Source: an uncultured Spirochaetota bacterium (GTDB lineage: Bacteria; Spirochaetota; Spirochaetia; SZUA-6; Fen-1364). From it: 64,000 bases of DNA. Shown piece by piece: positions 1 to 9,021 of the stretch; the first letter of the stretch is position 1, and every line of letters starts with the position of its first letter. A program made the position numbers and the translations under genes. The notes below the pieces were generated by a model. That model made no database searches, was not told the DNA's origin, and was given only the letters and a program-made list of their open reading frames with translations. The stretch spans positions 2,816,001 to 2,880,000 of the forward strand of contig CAWGAA010000001.1 in the NCBI GenBank assembly GCA_963820525.1. Direction: 5' to 3'.

Positions 1-1
1 A

Positions 2-550
2 ATACACTCGCAGTGGATCGCGCTTATCGACAGCTTCTATCGCAGCGGTTCGCTTGTCTTTGGTGGGGGACATGTGGTTCTGCCGCTTCTCCAGCGCGAA
101 GTAGTGCCCACAGGATGGATTTCGAATGAAAGCTTCCTTGCAGGATATGGGGCAGCCCAAGCTGTGCCTGGTCCACTTTTTACTTTCTCGGCATACCTTG
201 GGGTGCTTATGGCAACCGCGCCGAACGGCGTCCTTGGGGCTGTAGTGGCGTTGGCGGCCATCTATCTGCCTTCTTTTTTGCTCATCAATGGACTGCTTCC
301 ATTCTGGAATACCCTCCGGAATCAGGGGGTTGTGCGGTCAGCTCTCTCCGGGGTGAATGCCGCCGTAGTTGGGATTCTTCTCGCTGCGCTTTATACCCCG
401 ATGTGGACCAGCGCAATCTTACGTCCTGCTGATTTTGCCATCGGTCTGGCAGCCTTCCTGCTCCTGACGATATGGAAAGTGCGACCCTGGATCATTGTTG
501 TCGCAGGAGCCGTGGCGGGCGAAGCTCTTGAGCTTGCCCTGAAACTATAG
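2..550 (+). CDS. chrA: Chromate efflux transporter, C-terminal part (5' end outside window)
   Basis: Frame is open from base 2 and reads DSFYRSGSLVFGGGHVVLPLL and AQAVPGPLFTFSAYLG, the CHR-family motifs. Confidence 0.9.
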   Translation: MHSQWIALIDSFYRSGSLVFGGGHVVLPLLQREVVPTGWISNESFLAGYGAAQAVPGPLFTFSAYLGVLMATAPNGVLGAVVALAAIYLPSFLLINGLLPFWNTLRNQGVVRSALSGVNAAVVGILLAALYTPMWTSAILRPADFAIGLAAFLLLTIWKVRPWIIVVAGAVAGEALELALKL

Positions 551-622
551 CGGCGGCCGCGAATATGGACCTGCCAATCAGTCGTGCCGAGGATTAAACT
601 ATTGATAAGGGGAAGGTTCTCC

Positions 623-1804
623 ATGAAAAAGCCGATCTTGATTTGTTTTGTTTCCCTATTGATTGCGTATTCTGCGAGCAAGGACAATCAATCATCCGCG
701 TCCGGGAATGGTCTGATTCCATTTCGCAAGGGCGATAAATGGGGTTACTGTGACGCAAGAAAAAAAGTGCTTGTTGCGCTGAAATATGACTTTGCAGCGC
801 CATTCAGTGAAGGCTTGGCAGGGGTTGAGCTGGGCGGCAAGTGGGGATACATCGACAAGACCGGCATGGAAGTAGTCCCGCTGAAATACGACGCTGCAGC
901 GTTCTTCAGCGAAGGCTTGTCGCGGGTTGAGCTGAGCGGCAAGTGGGGATACATCGACAGAATCGGCATGGAAATAGTCCCGCTGAAATATGACTTTGCA
1001 GCACCCTTCCGCGAAGGCTTGTCGCGGGTTGAGCTGGGCGGCAAGTGGGGATACATCGACAGAATCGGCATGGAAGTAGTTCCGCCGGAATATGAAAGCG
1101 CATCGCCTTTCAGCGAAACTCTGGCACGGGTTGAGCTGGTGGGCAAGTGTGGATACATCGATAAGACCGGCACGGAAGTAATCCTGCTGAAATATGACAG
1201 TGCATCGCCTTTCAGCGAAGGTCTGGCAGGGGTTGAGCTGGGCGGCAAGTGGGGATACATCGACAAAACTGGCATGGAAGTAGTCTCGCTAAAATATCAC
1301 AGTGCATCGCCTTTCAGCGAAGGTCTGGCGCTTGTTGAGCTGGGCGGCAAGTGCGGATACATCGACAAAACTGGCACGGAAGTAGTTCCGCTGAAATATG
1401 ACGATGCATTGGCTTTTAGCGACGGCTTGGCGCTAGTTGAGCTGGGAGGCAAGTTTGGATACATCGACAAAACCGGCACGGAAGTAGTCCCGCTGAAATA
1501 TGATATTGCATACAATTTCATCGACGGCCTGGCGCCTGCAAATCTGGGCGACAAGTGGGGATACATCGACAAAACCGGCGCGGAAGCAGTCCCGCTGAAA
1601 TATGACGATGTATTGGCTTTCAGTGACGGCCTGGCGCTTATTGAGCTGGGAGGCAAGTGGGGATACATCGACAAAACCGGCATGGAAGTAGTCCCGGCAA
1701 AATATCACAGTGCATCGCCTTTCAGCCAAGGTCTCGCGCTTGTTGAGCTGGGAGGCAAGTGGGGATACATCGACAAAACAGGTACTGAATATTGGGAGAA
1801 TTAA
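623..1804 (+). CDS. WG (KWG) repeat-containing exported protein
   Basis: Signal-like N-terminus MKKPILICFVSLLIA followed by about 11 repeats of GLAxVELGGKWGYIDKTGxEVVPLKYDxAxxFSE. ATG at 623 follows GGGGAAGG. Confidence 0.9.
   Translation: MKKPILICFVSLLIAYSASKDNQSSASGNGLIPFRKGDKWGYCDARKKVLVALKYDFAAPFSEGLAGVELGGKWGYIDKTGMEVVPLKYDAAAFFSEGLSRVELSGKWGYIDRIGMEIVPLKYDFAAPFREGLSRVELGGKWGYIDRIGMEVVPPEYESASPFSETLARVELVGKCGYIDKTGTEVILLKYDSASPFSEGLAGVELGGKWGYIDKTGMEVVSLKYHSASPFSEGLALVELGGKCGYIDKTGTEVVPLKYDDALAFSDGLALVELGGKFGYIDKTGTEVVPLKYDIAYNFIDGLAPANLGDKWGYIDKTGAEAVPLKYDDVLAFSDGLALIELGGKWGYIDKTGMEVVPAKYHSASPFSQGLALVELGGKWGYIDKTGTEYWEN
737..1790 (+). repeat. Intragenic 102-bp (34-aa) tandem repeat, about 11 units
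   Basis: AAGTGGGGATACATCGAC-like core recurs at 839, 941, 1043 and onward to 1757 with a 102-bp period. Confidence 0.9.
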
Positions 1805-2020
1805 AATAGGTCTGGACCTTGGGAAACGCTCCGAGAGTGGCCGTAGTGCGTATTGTGGTGAAGAAGCCACTTTTTCACTTATGTCATCTCTCACACTTAA
1901 CTGCGTAGACCGCTCGAAAAAAGCCACATCTGAAAGCGCCGCGTTGTCAACCTTCATTGTGCAGGCGATCAGGCATGGGTATCCCGTCATGATTCATCAG
2001 TCCGCGGGCGCGTTTGGGGG

Positions 2021-2866
2021 TCAGGTGCGCGCGCCCATCCTGTTTCCGGACTCATAGACGCGAAGCCCCAGCCTGAACACGGCAACGGAGACTGCCGCAA
2101 TGAGGGCGTCTGCCGCCGTGACCATGAGGAGGGTGGCCGCATCAAAGGAGCGGAAAAGCCGCGCGGGTATGTAGGCCACAAGCGCCGCGGGGATGATGGT
2201 GTGAAGCACCCAGGATGCGGGTCCGTCAAAGATGCTTCCCGGGTACAGCATGAAGTTGAGCACAAGGTCTGATGCCGTGGAGGCGAACTCCTCGGCGTTT
2301 CCCAGGAAGAAAGACAGGCTGTGGTACAGGATCCGCATGCTCACAAGGACTACCGCGCCCAGGATGCTGAAAACGGCGAACAGGCCCAGGCGGGGGAGGG
2401 TGATCTGCTGGGTGAGGGCGAAAAGCACAAGGCCGAAAAGCAGGTCCCCCCAGCCGGAAATGCTCATGCGGGAGGACAGGAAATTGAACAGCACGGGCCT
2501 GGGCTGAAGCAGGTACACATCAAGCTCTCCCGTGGTTATGGCGCGGGACAGGTAGCGCGCGTTTTCCAGGAACACGGCGGCCAATCCGAAAGCAACGGAG
2601 GACAACGCCCAGAGGAACATGACGTCAGAAAACGCGTAGCCTTTGATGTCCTGGAGCCTGCCGTAGAGGATCCACCAAAAGACTATGAACGATGCGTTGT
2701 TCAGCACCATGCCGACAACCTGCATGAGGAACGATGCGCGGTATTCCATGCCGGCGCTCAGGTTGAAGCGCACGTAGTGTCCAAACAGGCCCAAAGAGCG
2801 GCCCGCCCGGCGCGCCGCCCTTTGGGCCATGAGCCTTGCGGAACTGCCGCCTGCGTCAGCCGCCAT
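2021..2866 (-). CDS. ABC-2 family transporter permease
   Basis: Six-TM pattern with MEYRASF and GELDVYLLQPRP. Start placed at the ATG at 2866, which overlaps the upstream stop. Confidence 0.85.
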   Translation of the reverse strand: MAADAGGSSARLMAQRAARRAGRSLGLFGHYVRFNLSAGMEYRASFLMQVVGMVLNNASFIVFWWILYGRLQDIKGYAFSDVMFLWALSSVAFGLAAVFLENARYLSRAITTGELDVYLLQPRPVLFNFLSSRMSISGWGDLLFGLVLFALTQQITLPRLGLFAVFSILGAVVLVSMRILYHSLSFFLGNAEEFASTASDLVLNFMLYPGSIFDGPASWVLHTIIPAALVAYIPARLFRSFDAATLLMVTAADALIAAVSVAVFRLGLRVYESGNRMGART

Positions 2867-3638
2867 TGGCGTGGATCCTCCGCTTGCCCAGACTGAAGAG
2901 CCCCACGGCCGCCGCGCCCAAAACAAAAATGTAGATGAAGGCGCCGGAAAGGCCGGTCAGGAACGTCTGGGTGCTGAACCTGACCATGGTGGCAGCCGGC
3001 CAATACGCTGAAAACGCAAAGGGCAGGAAACGCGCCACAGCGGCCAGCCCTTTGGGGAAGAGATCAATGGGGATGAACATCCCGCCCAGGATGAACACCA
3101 GCTTCTGCATTATCCAGAACATGGGGGAAACCTCCTCCGTCCAGAACGCCAGGAGGCCGATGGCCAGGACCCACAGGTTTCCGACAATGAGCCCGCACAG
3201 AATGAGGAGCAGGCCAAAGGGCAGGCTGTGGAAATATCCGGGCAGAGGTCCCACAAAGATCAGGGCCAGGATGAAGCCCAAGAGCATGATGGGGACCATC
3301 TTCACGGCGCTTTCCCCCATGGAGCGGAACAGGTGGAACGCCACGTAGGAATAGGGACGGCAGAGGTTTACGCTCACCGTCCCGTCCTTGACCTCCTCCT
3401 GGATCTGGATGTGCAGGCGGCTGCGGGAAAGCTCCACGGTCTCCGTGAAGGTCAGGTACCAGAGCGTCTGCGTGAGCGTGAACCCCTCCAGCGCTGCCCG
3501 GCCGGAGAAGATGACGCGCCACAGGGAGTAGAACGTGAACATGATGAAGACGAAAAGGACATTGCGCGCCAGGAAGGCGGGCATGTAGATGAGCTGGTCC
3601 CGCGCGGCATAGGCGAAGATGCGCAGGTATTTCTTCAC
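2856..3638 (-). CDS. ABC-2 family transporter permease
   Basis: Hydrophobic protein with EEVKDGTVSVNLCRPYSY and GGMFIPIDLFP. GTGA overlap with the ATPase stop. Confidence 0.85.
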   Translation of the reverse strand: MKKYLRIFAYAARDQLIYMPAFLARNVLFVFIMFTFYSLWRVIFSGRAALEGFTLTQTLWYLTFTETVELSRSRLHIQIQEEVKDGTVSVNLCRPYSYVAFHLFRSMGESAVKMVPIMLLGFILALIFVGPLPGYFHSLPFGLLLILCGLIVGNLWVLAIGLLAFWTEEVSPMFWIMQKLVFILGGMFIPIDLFPKGLAAVARFLPFAFSAYWPAATMVRFSTQTFLTGLSGAFIYIFVLGAAAVGLFSLGKRRIHANGG

Positions 3639-4343
3639 CGCCCGGCTCCATAGATCATGGTGATGATCTCTTCCATGGGGGGATTGGAAATGGTCATGTC
3701 TACGACCTTGTTGTCGCGCATGATGCGAGAAATGACCTCCTCCATGTCCGCCCGCTCCTGGTCCACCTCGAGCTTCGCGGAATACTCCCTGTTTTTCAGG
3801 ATCTACACGCCGGGGATGTCCAGGGAGAGGGGGGATTCCAGCTTCAGGTCTATGATCTTCCGCTTCAGGAACGAGTACTTCATGTTCTTGATGGAATCAT
3901 CCCAGACCACGCGGCCGTGGTTGATGACAATGGCGCGCCTGCAGATCTTTTCTATGTCTCCCGCGTCGTGGGAGGTGAGAAAGATCGTGGTCTTTTTTTC
4001 TTCATTGATGCGCCTGATCAGGTCCCGGATGGTCTGCCTGACCACAATGTCAAGGCCGATGGTGGGCTCGTCCAGGAACAGGATCTGAGGCTCGTGCAGA
4101 AGGGAGGCGGCAATCTCGCATCGCATGCGCTCCCCCAGGGAAAGCCTTCGAACAGGGGTTTTCAGATACTCCCGGATCCCGAAAAGCTCCGTCAGCTCCT
4201 CTATCCGTTTGCTCGCCTGCCGTGGGTCAACCTCGTAGATGTCCGCCAGGAGCTTCAGCGAATCAAGCGGCGGAAGGTGGAACCAGAGCTGTGACCTCTG
4301 GCCAAAGACGGTGCCGATCCTGTACGCCAGCGCGCGCCGCTTC

Positions 4344-5962
4344 GGGATATAACCGAATCTTGTGGGTGGACAGGGAATAAAAAGAGCGTATCCTTCGGTG
4401 AAACCAAGCACAACCAAGGAATCACCGATTGGAGGACACGCTCATGGACGAAACTATCACATCCGGGCTGAAAATCGAAGGGGGCAATTCCCAGGAATTG
4501 TTGGAGCAGTTGGTCCGCTCTGGCGCGCGCAGTGCCCTGCAGGCGGCGCTGGAGGAAGAAGTCAATCAGTTCCTGCAAAAGTTCACGCACTTGCGAGACG
4601 AGAAAGGGCACCGGAAGGCGGTGCGCAACGGCTACATGCCCCCGCGGACCATCCTCAGCGGGGTCGGGCCACTGCCGATCCGTCAACCGCGCGTGGACGA
4701 TCGCGGGCTTCGCGATATCGAAGGGGGCGAACGATTCTCCAGCAGGATCCTGCCGCGCTTCATGCGCAAGATGCCGAGCCTGGAGGGGTTGATCCCGGTG
4801 CTGTACCTGAAGGGCATCTCCACGGGGGACTTCAGCGAAGCTTTGGCTGCGATCCTGGGCGAAGGGGCCAAGGGGCTGTCGGCCTCGACGATCACGCGGC
4901 TGAAGGAGGGGTGGCTGGAGGAGCACACGCAGTGGAGCAGCCGGGGCCTGGAGGACAAGGAGTACGTGTACCTGTGGGCGGACGGCATCTACGTCAACGT
5001 GCGTCTGGATGACGAACGCAGTTGTCTGCTGGTGCTCATCGGGGCCACACGGGAGGGCAAGAAGGAGCTGGTGGCCGTCAGCGACGGCTATCGCGAGAGT
5101 AAGGCCAGCTGGCGGGAGATGCTGCTGGACCTGAAGGCCCGGGGGCTGAGAATGGCAGGAAAACTGGTCATTGGGGATGGGGCGCTGGGATTCTGGGCAG
5201 CGGCCGAGGAGGTGTTCCCGGGGATGAAGCACCAACGCTGCTGGGTGCACAAGACCGCCAACGTTCTGGACAAGCTGCCCAAGGGGGTTCAGTCGAAGGC
5301 CAAGGCGATGCTTCACGCCATGTATCAGGCCGAGACGAAGGAGGCGGCACTGAAGGCGTATCGTTTGTTCATCGGCTGCTTTAGGGACAAGTACCCCAAG
5401 GCCGTGGAATGCCTGGAGAAGGACGAGCAGGCCCTTTTCACGTTCTACGAGTTTCCCGCGGCGCACTGGCTTCACATACGAACGACCAACCCCATCGAGT
5501 CCACGTTCGCGACGGTGAGGCTTCGCACGGCGAAGACCAAGGGGTGCGGATCGCGGGCGGCCACCCTGTCGATGGTGTTCAAGCTCTGCCGGGAGGCGGA
5601 GAAGAGCTGGCGGGGTCTGGACGGGGCAAAGTGGATCCCGATGGTGCTGGAGGGCAAGCGTTTCATCGACGGAGAGCTCAAGGAGGACGTCGCGTAGCGG
5701 CATCCGTCAGCCACCCGGGGCTGGGAAGATCGGCGGCGAACAGGATGGCTGCAAATCGTCGTGAGGATGTTCGACGAGTCATCGACTGAAAAATCGTGCG
5801 TCGTGGTGGGCCTACAACGCATTTGCGAAGGCCAGTTGGTATCTGTACACCCCCTCTACGGCGCCCGGTCTCGAGGAAAGGAGGGCATAGGGGTCAACAG
5901 CAGTTTCGAAATCATCGTTGGATACGCTCGCAATCCTGATCCACAAGAATTGACAATATCCC
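4344..5962 (+). mobile_element. IS256-family insertion sequence, 1619 bp
   Basis: Imperfect terminal IRs GGGATATAACCGAATCTTGTGG and (reverse complement) GGGATATTGTCAATTCTTGTGG. 9-bp direct repeat CGCCGCTTC at 4335-4343 and 5963-5971. Confidence 0.93.
4429..5697 (+). CDS. IS256-family (Mutator-like DDE) transposase
   Basis: Motifs RNGY, LYLKGISTGDF, YLWADGIY, IGDGALGFW, QRCWVHK, IRTTNPIES. The start may be the ATG at 4444. Confidence 0.95.
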   Translation: MEDTLMDETITSGLKIEGGNSQELLEQLVRSGARSALQAALEEEVNQFLQKFTHLRDEKGHRKAVRNGYMPPRTILSGVGPLPIRQPRVDDRGLRDIEGGERFSSRILPRFMRKMPSLEGLIPVLYLKGISTGDFSEALAAILGEGAKGLSASTITRLKEGWLEEHTQWSSRGLEDKEYVYLWADGIYVNVRLDDERSCLLVLIGATREGKKELVAVSDGYRESKASWREMLLDLKARGLRMAGKLVIGDGALGFWAAAEEVFPGMKHQRCWVHKTANVLDKLPKGVQSKAKAMLHAMYQAETKEAALKAYRLFIGCFRDKYPKAVECLEKDEQALFTFYEFPAAHWLHIRTTNPIESTFATVRLRTAKTKGCGSRAATLSMVFKLCREAEKSWRGLDGAKWIPMVLEGKRFIDGELKEDVA

Positions 5963-6353
5963 CGCCGCTTCCTGTGCGGGTCCAACCCCAGCACCTCTAT
6001 TGACCCCGAGGTGGGGTAAAGAATCCCCGTGATGAGCTTGATGGTTGTGGATTTGCCCGCTCCGTTCGGCCCAATGAACGCAAGGATCTCTCCGGGCTCT
6101 ACGGAGAAGCTGATTCCGTCCACGGCGCGCACGGTCCGGTATGAGGGGGAGAAGATTGACTTTATGGAGCCTGATAATCCGGGCAGTTTTTCCTTGACGC
6201 GGAAGACCTTGGTCAGATCCCTGACTTTCAGCGCTGGTTCCATAGCGGATGATACAAGAGAAGAAAGGGGGGATCAAGCAGCTTGTGGAAGGGGCCTTTG
6301 CAATAGCTCTATAGCGGGCCTGGGTTTTACATATCTCTTGACAGACAGGGATT

Positions 6354-6387
6354 CTTATTATACTTTTCTCCTAAAAAGTATAATAAG
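6354..6387. promoter_or_regulatory. Perfect 14-bp inverted repeat (probable operator) in the fic promoter region
   Basis: CTTATTATACTTTT-CTCCTA-AAAAGTATAATAAG, with TTGACA at 6338-6343. Confidence 0.6.
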
Positions 6388-6416
6388 CAATGTTGATTGA
6401 TAATAAGGTATAACAA

Positions 6417-7571
6417 ATGCAGCCAAATGACTTTGCTCGTAGCACCAGCGGAAGGCTCATTCATTTGCCGCAGGATTATTGGGCATTCATTCCCAATCCA
6501 CTGGAACCTCAAATAACATTCAGCCTGCCGTTTGCGCAGGAGCTTTCTGAAGCCAATAGGGTGCTGGGTGAACTGGCAGGTATTGCCAGGACTCTTCCAA
6601 ATCTTCATTTATTGATTGGCCCTTTCATCCGCAGGGAAGCCGTGCTTTCAAGCAGAATTGAAGGGACGCAGGCTTCCTTGTCTGATCTTCTTTTCTTTGA
6701 AGCGGCAAACCTCAGGTTGAAAGAAGTACCGGATGTCAAAGAAGTCTCCAACTATGTCCAGGCTTTGACCTATGGCCTTGACCGTTTGAAAGACCTTCCC
6801 ATTTCCCTCCGCCTGATCCGGGAGCTTCATGAGCGCTTGATGCGGGATGTCCGGGGAGAGACGCAGACTCCCGGCGAGTTTCGACGCTCTCAGAACTGGA
6901 TTGGCCCGGCAGGGTGCCCGCTTTCAGATGCGGCTTTCGTACCGCCTCCAGTGGAAGAAATGAACGCGGCGCTTGATCTTTTTGAAAAGTATCTCCCTGC
7001 GTCCTCCGATATGCCTGAGCTTGTCAGGCTTTCCCTGATCCATTATCAGTTTGAGGCAATTCATCCATTTTTTGACGGAAATGGCCGGATTGGCAGATTG
7101 CTGATCACTCTCCTTATGTGCTCCTACAACCTGCTTTCGAAGCCCCTGTTGTACCTCAGCCCCTATTTTGAACAGCAGAGGGACGAGTATTACTCTCTTT
7201 TGCTTGCAGTAAGCCAGAAGGGCTCATGGGAAGATTGGATCAGGTTCTTTATTCATGCGGTTGCCGTGCAATCTCGAGACGCCATCAAAAGGTCGGATCT
7301 GCTTCTTCACCTCAGGCAAGAGTACCATTCGCGCATGCAGAAAGCCCGTGCTTCCGCATTGCTCCTCAGAATGGTGGACAAGCTGTTTGTCAGCCCCGCT
7401 TTGACGAATCCCGGCGTAGCGCGGGAGATGAAAATAACCCCCAGATCAGCCCAGCTGAATTTGGACAAGCTTGTTCGTGAAGGAATCATACGTGAGGCAA
7501 CAGGGCAAATGCGAAAACGTGTGTACGTTGCGCCACGGATCATTGAAATCCTTGAGAAGTTGGATGTGTAG
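6417..7571 (+). CDS. Fic family protein (class II, with probable C-terminal HTH)
   Basis: Canonical HPFFDGNGRIGR motif and N-terminal inhibitory motif SSRIEG. Confidence 0.92.
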   Translation: MQPNDFARSTSGRLIHLPQDYWAFIPNPLEPQITFSLPFAQELSEANRVLGELAGIARTLPNLHLLIGPFIRREAVLSSRIEGTQASLSDLLFFEAANLRLKEVPDVKEVSNYVQALTYGLDRLKDLPISLRLIRELHERLMRDVRGETQTPGEFRRSQNWIGPAGCPLSDAAFVPPPVEEMNAALDLFEKYLPASSDMPELVRLSLIHYQFEAIHPFFDGNGRIGRLLITLLMCSYNLLSKPLLYLSPYFEQQRDEYYSLLLAVSQKGSWEDWIRFFIHAVAVQSRDAIKRSDLLLHLRQEYHSRMQKARASALLLRMVDKLFVSPALTNPGVAREMKITPRSAQLNLDKLVREGIIREATGQMRKRVYVAPRIIEILEKLDV

Positions 7572-7593
7572 CCGCTGGTCAACGTGAGGAATG

Positions 7594-7819
7594 TGCCCAT
7601 CCAGGGGCGTTGCGGGGGCGGAGCCCCCGCAGAGGGGGTAGTGGAGGACGCAAGCCGGGGAGGTGCAAGGAGGGAGCTACCCTTCCGCTGCGGCCGCACT
7701 GCTGTGAAAGCTGCCCCCCCTGGCTTGCGGCCGGAGCGAGGGGGAGACTTCCCCCTCCTGCCCCCTGTCACAAACCGGTCCCACCATTCGTTATTACATT
7801 GGAGACGGCCCCTTGGGCA
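7594..7819. repeat. Highly structured intergenic element (REP/MITE-like or ncRNA)
   Basis: Nested inverted repeats: TGCGGGGGC-GGA-GCCCCCGCA, CGCAAGCC...GGCTTGCG, GAGGGGGA...TCCCCCTC, and imperfect outer TGCCCA...TGGGCA. Confidence 0.55.
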
Positions 7820-7861
7820 GCCAGATCATCTGGAGTGCGCCGGTTGGCAAGGAGAATGCGC

Positions 7862-8425
7862 ATGACAAGATTGAGTGTCTTCAACAGCATCACCTTGGAT
7901 GGATATTTCTGCGGCCCGGATGGCGATTTGAGCTGGGGTTATAGCCCGGATGCGGAATGGCAGAGCTTTGTGGAGGGGAACGCCAGGGGCGGAGGGGCTC
8001 TGCTCTTTGGCAGGGTGACCTAAGATCACATGGCAAGCTTCTGGCCGACGCCGGCCGCGGCCAAGTCATATCCGGTTGTCGCGGAGCGGATGAACAGCAT
8101 GCGGAAGTTCGTGTTCTCAAAAACCCTGGACAAGGCAACGTGGAGCAACACGACGCTTTTGAAGGGGAACATTTCCGCGGAAGTGCAGAAGATGAAAAAG
8201 GAATTTAAGGAAGATATTGCCATCCTGGGAAGCGGGAGCATTGTTTCCCAGTTGGCGCAGGAAGGGTTGATAGACGAGCTCCAGTTTGCCCTGTTCCCCA
8301 TTGTCCTTGGCAAGGGACGGTCGATGTTTGAAGGCGTCAAAGGGAAGCTTTCTCTAAAGCTGGTGCGGACCCGCACATTCAAGAACGGGAATGTCCTTCT
8401 AACCTACGAGCCGGTGAGGGCGTGA
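7862..8425 (+). pseudogene. RibD C-terminal/dihydrofolate reductase family protein with an internal stop
   Basis: Reads SITLDGYF...LLFGRVT*DHMASFWP...GSGSIV...PIVLGKG. TAA at 8021-8023 replaces the Tyr usual in GRxTY. Confidence 0.85.
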
Positions 8426-8430
8426 TCGAC

Positions 8431-8913
8431 CTAGAACCTTTTACGTATGAGAGCCGCCAGCTGCCCGGCCCGCTCTTCCACGCGGTCGTTTCTGGAGGCG
8501 GAGCTGACCGCGTCCACCTTGATGTCCGGCTTGGACCATTCAGGCATTGGATCTTCCGTGCCCCGCGTGAAGAAGACGATCACCTTCGCGTTCATGGGAT
8601 CTTTTCCCAAGAACCTGCTCACCCGTGCATCGATCCGGCCCGCCTTGAATGCGGTCACCAGGAGGACGGCCCCGTATTGCCCGGTTTCCTGCCCCTCCAA
8701 GCGATCCAGGCCGACGACTCTGAAATACCAATCCGTGGTCCCCAGCGTCCCGATCAGCTTTGCGACGACTTCTTCCTTGAATGCGCTGCTCTCTCCGGCT
8801 ATGAGCACTTTTTTCTGCGCGTCGCTATTGCCGCTTTCACGCGGCGTCATGTTTGACGTGCAGCCAAGAATCAGGAACAACCCGAAGAGACCCAAAGCCG
8901 CTACTTTCAGCAT
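8431..8913 (-). CDS. Hypothetical lipoprotein (possibly flavodoxin-like)
   Basis: Lipobox LILGC after a hydrophobic stretch; GAAGGAGG RBS. Confidence 0.7.
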   Translation of the reverse strand: MLKVAALGLFGLFLILGCTSNMTPRESGNSDAQKKVLIAGESSAFKEEVVAKLIGTLGTTDWYFRVVGLDRLEGQETGQYGAVLLVTAFKAGRIDARVSRFLGKDPMNAKVIVFFTRGTEDPMPEWSKPDIKVDAVSSASRNDRVEERAGQLAALIRKRF

Positions 8914-9021
8914 GAGAACGCCTCCTTCCCGCCGGCCCTGCGAGGTACAATCCTACAGCATGTCTCCGGCGCGGACAACCGGACGCTTGACTGTCCTGAA
9001 AAGGGGCGGGTATGGTGACGC

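Larger units (their letters stand above)
3635..6243 (-). pseudogene. ABC transporter ATP-binding protein, split by an IS256-family element and carrying an extra nonsense codon
   Basis: The 5' piece has Walker A GPNGAGKST. The 3' piece has LSLGE and LFLDEPT. Removing the IS and one duplication copy rejoins GLDPHRKRRALAYRIG in frame. In-frame TAG at 3803-3805; the frame continues to TGA at 3635. Confidence 0.92.

Noticed and set aside
737..1790. Regular repeats as a CRISPR array or DGR template/variable repeats
   Set aside because: The period is 102 bp and in frame within one ORF. There are no unique spacers, no cas or reverse transcriptase gene, and differences are not confined to adenines.
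3803..3805. In-frame TAG as pyrrolysine or stop-codon recoding
   Set aside because: The gene is already broken by an IS, many intact genes here end in TAG, and the other internal stop is TAA.
4255..5703. 482-aa ORF antisense to the transposase
   Set aside because: Shadow ORF typical of GC-rich coding DNA; no recognisable motifs.
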